A program made the translations under genes and the position numbers. A stretch of DNA of 63,994 nucleotides, the filler included, from Circinaria calcarea (lineage: Eukaryota), in the NCBI GenBank assembly GCA_051942165.1. It is 5 parts of 5 records of this genome, joined end to end, with 100 filler letters (N's around TTAATTAATTAA, not from the genome) between each part and the next. Parts side by side here need not be neighbours in the genome. Positions count along the whole stretch, not along the records: positions 1 to 13,024 come from JAVECS010000528.1; 4 more parts are not named here. One strand, written 5' to 3'. Within the stretch, counting starts at the first letter, position 1; every line of letters starts with the position of its first letter. The notes below the pieces were generated by a model that worked only from the letters and a program-made list of their open reading frames with translations, was not told the origin of the DNA and did no database searches. Of this stretch, positions 1 to 10,993 are shown piece after piece.

Positions 1-2934
1 GGCTACATATTTTCTCCGGATTTCGATCTTGAAAGGCGCTACATTCCCCAATCGATACTTGCAACCTCCTCAAGTCTACAATACCTACGTTCTTCCCTCG
101 ATCAGCTATCCTTACTCTATTCGGTAGCTAGTCCGTTCGTCGCACATATTGCTGCGGTCGATTATACGGGAGGATCCTCACCGGGGCTCGTAACCGACTA
201 TGCCTCTGCCGTTGTCCTCGCAGAAGAGTTGGGGTTAGGAGTGGTCTCCAGCTTTTCGGCCCATGAATCGCAACACATGTCGCTATTCGCTACCCTGCTC
301 GCAAATGTCATTCCCACGTTACATATCTACGACGGAATCAATGTTGGGCAGGAGACTACAAGGGTGATTGATGTACTAGATCAGGCACGACTGTACAAGA
401 CATATCAGGCAGTATCTCAGGAAATGTCGACTTCGACTAAGAAACGGGCAAGCACAGATCTTAAGGTCGAGAAATTGCTCAAAGCTTTCAATGACGAACT
501 TGGCACCGATTATAGCCTTTTCGAATATCAGGGTCATGCATCTCCAGATTCAGTCCTAATTGCTTTTGGCACTATAGAGTCTTCTCTGGCCACGCAGGTC
601 GCGCTTTCATTGGAAAGAGATGGTGCCAAAGTAGGGGTCCTCAATGTCAGGATTTACCGACCTTTTGTGGAAGAAGCGTTCATCAAAGCAGTGCCGAATT
701 CCGTTAAGAATATAGGTGTGCTAGGTCAAGTCCAAGATCATTACGCAGTATCAGACGCAGGCGTTCGCTCTAGCCTGTACGCAGATGTCATAGCTGCCCT
801 GTCATTCACCGATAATTGGTCAATTCCACCTGCTGTCATTGATATCAAGTATCCTCGAGAGCAAGTTTGGACCCCGATATCAATAGCCGCCGCATTTCAG
901 CTTCTGGTCCAGAAACCCCTTTTCCAACCAGAGGATCAATCTGAAGATACTCATGCGAGCACGGCCCTGCAGATAATAGATCCAACGATAGTGCAGCAAT
1001 ACACGTTCTGGGATTTGGACGAGAGCCCGTCCGCCAATACCTCCATTATTCTTGCACAGGCACTATCCAAGGACTCAGCCAACAATGTCACCGTGAAGAC
1101 CAACCATGACAATCTCCTCCAGGGTGGAGTTGTCAGGACCGATGTACGCAAGTCAAAAATGACAATCGAGGCACCGTATTCAATAGATGCTGCGGATGTT
1201 GTTTATGTCGGCGAAGAGATATTAGTCCAGAAGATTGACGTTCTCAACGGTCTGAAGGCCGGGGGAAAGATCATGCTAAGACTTCCTGGTGTCAAAGATG
1301 ACGACTTGGAGAAGAAGCTCCCGACTGGCTTCCGTAAAAGTCTGACTGCCAAAGCAGCCCAACTGTTCATCCTTGACACACAAGCTATCGAGCGAGTCCG
1401 TGACGACATAAGTCTAGAATCGTATCTCGTTGAGATTGCGTTCCTTCGCATTGCTTTACCTGGCCTTGAGAAAGTAGGTATACAGAAGCTTGCAACAATC
1501 AATGGGAACGCTGATATCCTGGGGACGCTTGCGCAAGACCTAGACAGTGCTTTGCGCCAAATCGAAGTACCAGAAAACTGGTCTGAAGTCGATTCGGATA
1601 CTGACATACCTATACTACCCAACGACATCCACATAACTAGCTTCACACCGTTTGAGAAAATAGAGCCTGAACCGCCGACACTCCTGAAAAGCTGGCAAAC
1701 AGCAGCCAAGGGTTTGGCTTTCAAAGAAGCTTTTGATACCAAGCCTGCACTTCGGCCTGACTTGTCAGTCAAGACATACGCTGTACACGTCAAGGAAAAC
1801 CGTCGACTTACGCCGTTAACCTACGATCGCAACATTTTTCACATTGAGTTTGACCTTGGCGATTCAGGTCTCAAATACGAAATTGGTGAAGCTCTGGGGA
1901 TTCACGCGGAGAACGACCATGGAGAAGTGCAAGAGTTCATCGACTACTACAAGCTCAACGCAGAAGAGATTGTCGAAGTTCCAAGTCGGGAAGATCCAAT
2001 GGTACTGGAGAACCGCACCGTCTATCAGGCCCTTATGCAAAACGTGGACATGTTTGGGCGGCCGCCAAAGAAGTTCTACGAGTCACTGGCTGAGTTTGCC
2101 ACGGATCCAAAGGAGAAGAAGGCACTCGTCAGCCTGGGTAGCGTTGAGGGGGCCGATGAGTTCAAACGTCGGGCTGAGATTGACACGATCACTTATGCGG
2201 ACGTCCTCCTGGAATTTCCCTCTGCACATCCGTCGTTTCATGACATAGTACGCATTGTCAATCCGATGAAGCGCCGGGAATACTCCATTGCCTCGTGTCA
2301 AAAGGTCACTCCTACGTCCGTGGCTCTCATGATTGTCGTAGTGAATTGGCTCGACCCCAAAGGCCGCAATCGTTGGGGACAAGCCACTCGTTATCTCAAT
2401 GCTCTCCGTCCAGGTAGCCCCGTCACCGTCAGCGTCAAGGCCTCCGTCATGAAGCTCCCTCCCAAATCAACCCAACCGCTCATCCTCGCCGGACTCGGCA
2501 CCGGGCTCGCCCCCTTCCGCGCCTTCGTCCAGCACCGCGCCTGGGAAAAGGCCCAAGGCATCGAGATCGGCTCCGTCTTCCTCTACATGGGCAGCCGGCA
2601 CCAGCGCGAGGAGTACTGCTACGGCGAGGAATGGGAAGCCTACCAGGCCGCCGGCGTCATCACGCTCCTCGGCCGCGCCTTCTCGCGCGACCAGCCGCAG
2701 AAGATTTATATCCAGGACCGCATGCGCGAGACCATGGACGACATCATCCAGGCCTACTGCCGCGAGGAGGGCCAGTTTGCCCTCTGCGGGCCCACGTGGC
2801 CGGTGCCGGATGTGCAGCGGGTGCTCGAGGATGCGATTGCGCGGTTCGCGAGCGGGGAGGGGAGGAAGGTGGATGCGCGCAAGGAGATTGAAAGGCTGAA
2901 GGATGGGGGGAGGTATGTGCTCGAGGTTTATTAG
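1..2934 (+). CDS. MET10: Sulfite reductase [NADPH] flavoprotein alpha subunit, 5'-truncated by the window edge
   Basis: Frame is open from base 1 (GYIFSPDFDL...). PFOR-like N-terminal half, then an FNR-type FAD/NADPH module (RREYSIAS, GLGTGLAPF, AFSRDQ, C-terminal GRYVLEVY). Confidence 0.93.
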   Translation, partial: GYIFSPDFDLERRYIPQSILATSSSLQYLRSSLDQLSLLYSVASPFVAHIAAVDYTGGSSPGLVTDYASAVVLAEELGLGVVSSFSAHESQHMSLFATLLANVIPTLHIYDGINVGQETTRVIDVLDQARLYKTYQAVSQEMSTSTKKRASTDLKVEKLLKAFNDELGTDYSLFEYQGHASPDSVLIAFGTIESSLATQVALSLERDGAKVGVLNVRIYRPFVEEAFIKAVPNSVKNIGVLGQVQDHYAVSDAGVRSSLYADVIAALSFTDNWSIPPAVIDIKYPREQVWTPISIAAAFQLLVQKPLFQPEDQSEDTHASTALQIIDPTIVQQYTFWDLDESPSANTSIILAQALSKDSANNVTVKTNHDNLLQGGVVRTDVRKSKMTIEAPYSIDAADVVYVGEEILVQKIDVLNGLKAGGKIMLRLPGVKDDDLEKKLPTGFRKSLTAKAAQLFILDTQAIERVRDDISLESYLVEIAFLRIALPGLEKVGIQKLATINGNADILGTLAQDLDSALRQIEVPENWSEVDSDTDIPILPNDIHITSFTPFEKIEPEPPTLLKSWQTAAKGLAFKEAFDTKPALRPDLSVKTYAVHVKENRRLTPLTYDRNIFHIEFDLGDSGLKYEIGEALGIHAENDHGEVQEFIDYYKLNAEEIVEVPSREDPMVLENRTVYQALMQNVDMFGRPPKKFYESLAEFATDPKEKKALVSLGSVEGADEFKRRAEIDTITYADVLLEFPSAHPSFHDIVRIVNPMKRREYSIASCQKVTPTSVALMIVVVNWLDPKGRNRWGQATRYLNALRPGSPVTVSVKASVMKLPPKSTQPLILAGLGTGLAPFRAFVQHRAWEKAQGIEIGSVFLYMGSRHQREEYCYGEEWEAYQAAGVITLLGRAFSRDQPQKIYIQDRMRETMDDIIQAYCREEGQFALCGPTWPVPDVQRVLEDAIARFASGEGRKVDARKEIERLKDGGRYVLEVY

Positions 2935-3523
2935 AGGGGGTGTTTGTAACGCTTTTTTATTTATTTTTCCTTGGGAAGAAAGGGGTATAAAGGGGTAAAA
3001 GGGGCGGTGTATATAGTGAGATGAGATAGTATAGTTTCAGGGCTGGGTATCGGATAGATGAGTCAACTCGGACCAGACCAGACCAAACCAGACCATAGCC
3101 GTTTTCTGGAGGCTCCTGTACTTTTTGTTTGGGGGGGGGGAAATAGTGGGGTAGTTGTTTTTTTTCCCTTCAAATTTAGTATGAAAGGGCCGGTTCGATT
3201 GGAAAAAACGAGGGGGGTAAAAAGAATTATTTAACGTGATTGGTTCCCTTCCTTTCCCCCCCCCCCCCAAATCTAATCATAACGCTAGGAATATATTCTG
3301 TTTACCATGCTCATGCTCGTAGTGAAAGAGAGAAAAGAGTGTGTGTGTTTGTGAGAGGGAGAGAGAGTACATGTGTGGGGCCCCCCTACTCTCACGGGTT
3401 TACAGGTAAAAAGTCCTACGGGTCAAATATAAAGGAAACCCAAAACAGGGGCTTGAAGTATGAAAAAAAAACCACCGGATTCTTACACAAGAAAAGGGGC
3501 CCGTTGACCGTCCAATTTTCATT

Positions 3524-5394
3524 TTAGAAACTCCACCCCGCCCAGGATTGGCCATCGGATACGTTGTAGGACGGGGTCGTCTGTTCCCGAAAGGGAATCG
3601 TAGATTGCCGTCCTCGAAGCGGCAAGTCTCTGGTCCTTCCCAACTTCCCCTGAAGGAAACGGGTCCGTTCGTCCTCGTCGTCCGGAATATCCTCGGGCAT
3701 TTCATGTCCCACGTGATCATCTGTAACGGTCTTGGAAGGGTTCGAACTGTCCATGTCCTCCCTCAACAGCTTGACCTGCGCTTTCATCTCCTTCCACAGC
3801 TCGTAGCTGTCCAAGTCATCGTCATCGCCATCCGGCCCTCCGCCGCGGGCTACGGACCGGGAACGGTTGCTGGCCATGATGAGTAAAGTGGCCACGAAGG
3901 CTTCTTTCATGTAGGCGAAACTGAAGCGGTCCGTGATGCCGGCGATGGCGGGACAAAGAAATTGGGGGAAGGAGACGGATTTGTTGGATTTGAGTTTTTG
4001 GCGCCAGTATTCACAGTAGAGGGTTCGTTCGGCCTGTTGGGAGGGGTGAGGGATTAGTTGAGGACACGGAGAAAGGGGAGTTTTGAGAGGTGAAGGGAGA
4101 TTGGTACCTCAGAGGGGAGGGGGAAGAGGTATTTCCTGTCGAAGCGGCTTGGCCTTTTAGAGAGGCCGGGGTCGAGGGCATCGACTAGGTAAGTTAGGCA
4201 GAGATTCTTATTTTTCTTGACCCGTCCAGTCGAACTTACGATGGTTGGTACTAGCAATCATCAGGATTCCGTCATTTCGCTCCAGCCCGTCAACTTCATT
4301 GAAGAAGTACGATCGAGTGGATTGGGTTACAATGGTATCAATGTCTTCGAAGATGAGGAGGCATGGAGCCATCCGCCTAGCCATAACGAACACATTTCGA
4401 AGCTGATATGTGCCAACGGCTGCTTTGACATAGAGGCTGGGTATGGGGTCCTTCCGTACGGATAGAGTGTGCATGATGGCTGCTCAAGACGTTTAGTTAT
4501 CATCTGACCGTTTACCATGGTCTCGGTGCGGTACGAACCTTTGATTGAAATCGTTTTCCCATTACCCGCAGGACCGTGGAACATTATCCCTCGCTGTTCA
4601 GCCTTGTCAGCTTCCCAAGTCGTATTCTGACTACGCGTTACCATACCTTCCACGGCACTCCAAGGTCGTCGTAGACGTCTTTGCCTACTTTCCATTAGCT
4701 TCTCTTTCTCCATTTTGTAGGGTAAGAGTGCTGTCGTACTATCGAAAAATCTCCCGACCAACTCCGTCAGGGTCTTTTTTATCTCCTCGTCCAAAATCAC
4801 ATCCTCCCACCTTGCCTTTTGCACCTCTTCAAACAGCTGCCGGTTTCTACTCCAGTACGAATCAAACACGAATACAAATCCCTCAATGGAGGTCTGCCAT
4901 TCACCAACAGCTTTAATCAACTCGTCTGTTATTCTCGAAAACGTTTCTTTCTTCTCTCCAGGCAAGGGTTCGCACAGAACGTAGTTGAACATGGAGAACC
5001 CCATGCGCATATTGTAAACGATGAACTCTACGCTTTCCCAGATGTAGTGGTACTTTGCAAAGCGGATTTGTTGGCCGACCTGGCCGGGTTGCCCACGAAC
5101 GGCATTACCTACGTAGCCCCGCCAGCGAACGACCGGTTCAGTGGCATCATCAAGGAAAGCGGTGGCATGGCCGGCACCGGCGAAAGCGAGAAGGTTGCAG
5201 TTGCCTTCCAGGGTAACAGTCAGGACATGGGATGGGTACTGGCGACGGAGCGCAGCGGTGATCTGGAGATCTAAATCGGATGACTTTCCCGAGTACATTT
5301 CCCTGTAGTCGGTAAAGACTTGATGGGGGTATGCGGCAGAGGAGCTGGGGGAGTCGACCATGGTGAAGGGTTCGGATGAGGTGAGGAAGTCCAT
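3524..5394 (-). CDS. Fungal single-domain AAA+ ATPase, multi-exon
   Basis: Splicing gives DLGVPWKRGIMFHGPAGNGKT (Walker A), LLIFEDID (Walker B), LDPGLSKRPSRFDRKY and FSFAYMKEAF. GT-AG introns are readable. ATG at 5394 (MDFLTSSEPF). Confidence 0.85.
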
Positions 5395-6630
5395 CGTGGC
5401 GGTCGCACTGGACGAATCGAGTCTTCCCTGGATCAAGATGTCTGACTTGATAGCCTCCGACTTTATGATGGAAGACAACAAGTCCGCCGGCTCCGATCGG
5501 TAGTGTGAAATCAGGTAATCAAGTAAAGCAGGTGAGTTCAAGGCTTCATTCAATCGAGACAGCAGCAGCAACAGTCAAAGCAGAGAACGGGCAATGGATG
5601 AAGGTATATGTTGGTAGGCGGTAGATGAGACTGAGGATAGTCTTCGAAACACAGCCGCGTTGGAGGAAGAAGATGAAACACCCCGCAGGAAGATCAATTT
5701 GGTGCCGCGATTCAGTTAATCTCGCAGTTTAACGTACACTGACCCAAATACACCGACGAAGAGCAGGCTCCAGGCTTGAAGCTTGGTTTCAGGATAGGGG
5801 GTTCTATATGAGCAGCAGACTCTCCTCCAAGCAAAATATACAGCATGTTTTGTAGAGGCGTTACTCGCCTTGTTCTAGCGCGCTGGTTGTATGGCTGTTC
5901 CGCTAAATTATCCCTCCCGTCATACAAAATGATCCCCCCACAACTGTAATTCTCGTCCACATAAGTAAAACAATCCCGTGAACAGCTCCGGGGTGATATG
6001 TACCAACCAAACCCACATTATAGCGGTATGCATTAGCAATGCATGATCCTACATCTTGGGGAGCGTCTCTAGTCGTAACAGACGTCAAGGTATTTATTCG
6101 GATATTTGGATCATGTGTGAAAACTCTGCAGGTCCCCTAAAATATGGAGGATGCACATGGGAGTTCGGATTAGTTTCTCCTACTCCGTATATGGACGGGC
6201 ATCATGGATTGTTCGAGGAGGTGCGAAACTATGAGCCACAATGCATGCATATAGCCATCATTAAGTCTGGTGAGGAATACTATACGGAAATCGATTTTCA
6301 AGGCGTTGCCTGTCCAACCCCAGAGAATCAAAATAGATATCACGGCACCACGCGGCCGGCCTGCAGGTAGATAACACACGAACCGTCGTTTGGTGACGGA
6401 GGTTTAAACACCCCCACATGCGCACAGGAAGCCTAGAATAAACTTACAACTTCGTGAAAGTCTGGTACATTCTCGTTGCCCAGAAGCCTGATTGCTTTGT
6501 ACAATAGAAACTGAAGCACGAATTTGTATTTTCCTCATCTCCCCTTCAATCGAGCTGCGAGCTAGTCACAACGGATCTAAGCCAACTACACTCCTCCATA
6601 TCAAGGTTTGTCAACCGTCTGTCTGAAGAT

Positions 6631-9600
6631 ATGGTAGTCGAACGTGAGCCGCCAAAGACACAATCGTCACCTTCGAAGACAGATCATCACATCCAGCACC
6701 GGGCCATCGCACCAGCGTTCGGCCAAACCACCTCTCTACAAAGCCCGCTACGAGCGACGATTTTTAACATACCCAAGGCCAATAAGGTACGACCGGAGCA
6801 TCATAGAGTGGACCCGGCTGGCCAACCCCATGATCAGCAGTCGAATCGCCTAGGACATGATTTTATTGATCCCTTTCGACCACCGCCGTCAAAGTCGATT
6901 GACCAAGTGCATGTTATACCCGATGACGGCGACGATGATGATGTCCAGATAATAGCACAACCATCCAACCCTGCTACGTGGGCAAGCTATCCTGCTGGAC
7001 CAGCAACCTACTCATCTTTGGTTAAAAGTATTGGGGGATTTGCATCGAGCAAGCAGCAAGCAACAAAACTGGATAGGTTCACGGATCTCACCGATACCGC
7101 ATTGTTCGAAGACAAATTTGGTGCCGCAGACCCTTACGAGTTCGTTGACGCTGCAAAGGCCAATGAGAATATCAAAGCATTGCTGGAAGGCGCATTTGAG
7201 GATGAAGAGGATAAGCCGAAGACTCGTGGAAGGAAGAAAAAATTAGAAGCGAACGCTGCGGGCTTGCTCGAAAAGCTCCAGGGACTTGGTGTTACGGCCA
7301 AGGAAACGAAAAAGGAAACGGAGCAAGAGGGAGATGAGGAGGAAGAAGAGGAGGAGGAGGATGGATCTATTGAAGGTCTCAAGGTCAAACTTTTGCCCCA
7401 TCAAGTAGCTGGAGTTGATTGGATGAGAGACAAGGAAGCCGGGCTGAAGAAAAAGAACAGGATCTTGCCGAAGGGTGGAATTTTGGCAGACGATGTAGGA
7501 CCACCTTCAGCAGGATACCAATGGTCATTACTGATGAGCTCTAGATGGGTCTGGGTAAGACCATTCAGTCTATTGCACTACTTCTCATAAATCCTCGACC
7601 GCCTATATCCAGTACCAATAAGGACCAGAACAACAAAGAGGAGAAGCGCATGCTTTCAGCTAATGTTGGAAAGAGCACTCTTGTTGTTGCTCCGCTGGCG
7701 CTCATCAAGCAATGGGAAGCCGAAATCTCGAATAGAGTAGAAGACAGCCACAAGCTCCGCGTTTGTGTTCACCATGGACCGCAGAGAACGAAGCGCTTCG
7801 AAGATCTACGAAAGTATGATGTTGTGATTACAACATACCAGATCCTTGTGTCCGAGCATGGAAGCTCTTCACAGAAGCAAGACGGCCCTCAAGTTGGCTG
7901 TTTCGGCCTTCATTGGTATCGGGTAATCCTTGATGAAGCCCATACGATCAAGAACCGAAACGCAAAGGCCACCCAGGCGTGTTACGCCCTTAGAGCTGAA
8001 TATCGTTGGTGCTTGACTGGTACCCCCATGCAGAATAATCTGGACGAGCTACAAAGCCTGATTAGATTTCTGCGGATTAAGCCCTACAATGAGCTAGCAG
8101 TGTGGAGAGAGCAGATCACGCGTCCCATGACCAGTGGCCGAGGTGGTGTTGCGATGAAGCGGTTACAGTTCTACCTCAAGGCATTCATGAAACGAAGAAC
8201 AAAAGATGTTCTGAAAGCTGAAGGAGCACTAAATCCAGGGGGTAAAGCTGACGTCGCCGGAAAACCGAGTAATGGCTTCAAGATCACAGAACGAAGGATC
8301 GAGAAAGTCGTTGCCGACTTTACGACAAAAGAACGGACTTTCTATGATAGACTTGAACAGCGTACAGACAGGAGCCTGGAGCAAATGATGGGCGGGCAGA
8401 AGCTGAACTATGCAAGTGCATTGGTCCTGCTTCTTCGGCTTCGCCAGGCTTGCAATCATCCAGAGCTTGTTGGTGGATCCATGGCCAAGGATAAAGATGC
8501 ACTTACGACTGGCCAGACTGGGGGCACTCAAACACCAAGAAGGTCCAAAACCGTGGACAATGATGTAGATGACGTGGCAGACCTACTCGGTGGTCTAAGT
8601 GTACAAACGAAAAAATGCGACGTATGCCAAATTGAGCTAACCAAGGAAGAGGCATCTTCAGGATCGATTCGTTGTGGAGAATGTGAAGTTGATCTACAAG
8701 AACAGAAGGTCGATAGTACAAGGAAGAAGAAGAAGAAGCCAAAGAGCCGTGTTGGACAGTCAACGACCAAAACCCGGGAGGAAATGCGCAGATCTCGATC
8801 TTCAAAGACTCGACGAGTTGTGGTAGACAGCGATGACGAAGAGGAAGGTGGCGACTGGATTGTTCCGAAAGGCCAACGTCATGCACCGAAACTGGGGAGA
8901 GCCGGCGGTAGCGACGACGAGAACGCCGAGGGTGGTGGTGAATGGCTTGCATCTGAAGATTCTGAGACTGGAGATGAAGCATCAATCGAAATCTTGGGTT
9001 CTCACGACAAGAAGCACACTAGCGACGTTGATTCTGATGATGAGAGTGCCGGGTCCTCCAGTGCATCAGAGGATGAGGAAGGTGACATATATAGCTCCGA
9101 CGAAGCCTCTGAAGGATCCCTTGCAAGCTCTACCAAGATTCAGCACCTCCTTAAGATCCTACACCGAGAATCTCCAACCCACAAGTTCATCGTCTTTTCC
9201 CAGTTTACCTCTATGCTTGACCTAATTGAGCCATTCCTTAAAAGTGACGGACTCGTCTTTACACGCTATGATGGCAGCATGCGCAATGATCACCGAGAAG
9301 CCAGCCTCGAGCGTCTTCGCAACGAGGAAAAAACCCGCATCTTGCTCTGCAGTTTAAAGTGTGGATCTTTGGGGCTAAATCTTACGGCCGCTAGTCGGGT
9401 GGTGATTCTTGAGCCGTTTTGGAACCCCGTACGTGCCTCTTCCCGCGTTATTTCTTCTCGCATACCATCTCGATAGCTAATTCCGTGTATAGTTTGTTGA
9501 AGAACAAGCCATTGACCGCGTTCATCGTCTGAATCAAACCGTCAATGTGATTGTTTACAAAATCACCATCGCCAATAGCGTCGAAGAGCGAATCCTAGAC

Positions 9601-9873
9601 CTGCAAGAGAAGAAACGCGCCTTAGCAGAAGCGGCGATTGAGGGCAAAGCGGTTGGAAAACTAAGCATGGACGATATCCTGAAACTGTTTCGGAGGGAGG
9701 CGGAGCACGACGATAGGCATGAGGATCACGGTTTAGGTGCGAGGGGACGGATCCTGCCGCCTGCGGTAGAGGGGGTGAATGGAGGGAAAAGAGTCACACC
9801 GCCGGCGATGGAGAGGCCAAAGGACAAAGGCAAAGCCGTAAGGGAGGATCCGATCTACGCGAGGAGGTGGTGA
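6631..9873 (+). CDS. SNF2-family helicase/ATPase, Rad5/Rad16/Uls1(Ris1)-like
   Basis: GGILADD|MGLGKT across intron ~7496-7544; VILDEAH, LTGTPMQN, RLRQACNHP, FSQFT, LGLNLTAASRV; PFWNP|FVEEQAIDRVHR across intron ~9429-9492. Confidence 0.9.
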
Positions 9874-10993
9874 GAAGGACATGGACGCAGTTCTTTGGGA
9901 CGAATTGATGACAAAATGACTTTTTCTGGCGAACTTATGAGTTCATATGAGGGGTGTGCTACGGTGATTAGACCCTACTATCAACTCTACTTCTAGACCG
10001 ATAGTACAATACCGAAACTATGAAGACATTACTCGGAGGCTCGCTCAGAATCTGAAGGACAGGGATGTGGAGCGGATCTGGAAGTCATCTCTTGTACAGA
10101 CGCGCAATACTCTTTTGGGTCGTGAAAAGTCTTCGTGGTGTCATCTCCTATCTCTGTGCTTGCTTGATTATTGGTTTTTCACCTTGGTAGCCATCCGGCT
10201 TCCATGTTTGGAGAAGGGATCGTAGAAAGGGGGCAAGCGAGGGAATGGCGCCAGAGACAAAGAGATGGTCAACTTTCCCGAGCTACGGCGTTGTCGGCAG
10301 CAGGTTAGGCCGCCACCGCACCATAGAATCCAAAAATCCAACGACAGTCACTATGCTTGATATTTACTGCAGACCTCTTTGTCAGAGTAATTCCTAGAAC
10401 TCTTCGCAGATTACATGTGAATTTTCAGCCTCAGTATACTATGCCGTGGGTGCGCAGTGCGTGGAAATACTAGAAGGTAAAAGTAATATGACTTTCGTGG
10501 CGAGAAGGCTCCGTCAGACGATACTTACCAGAGGATTGTAAATACTCTCTGCTCTGTGATTTCTATTCTATATCTTCCCAATCTCCATGTCATGAGGATC
10601 TAATCTTATTGTTGAGAATGGCTTTTCTGTGGGGCTTAAAGTGTTGCTTCGAGATAAAGAGCTTGCTGCTTGTAATAATCTGTTCGCATAGCGGAGATAT
10701 TCAATCACCTACAACCTAGGCCCATCCGCTACTTGTTGTGCTGGAATCATCTTTAATCGTAAAGTACACTCTTGTGATCATCTGTCAGGTGATGTCGTTT
10801 CTTCCATGGCACTGGCATGTTCTATTCCATTTGCGTCCGCAAAGTACGGTCTTTGTCCACCTGCAACTAGGCAAAATTGACCTTGCCGCGAACCCTCTTC
10901 CAGCTCGAATATAACACCAAACAACCTTCGTTCTCGTAGTATACCTCTATTTAACATTCGAGGCTGTGAGATATCATCTCAGGCCATAGTAAG

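Noticed and set aside
6056..6370. 104-aa ORF between the AAA ATPase and SNF2 genes
   Set aside because: Non-ATG start, no recognisable motif, and located in a divergent promoter region.
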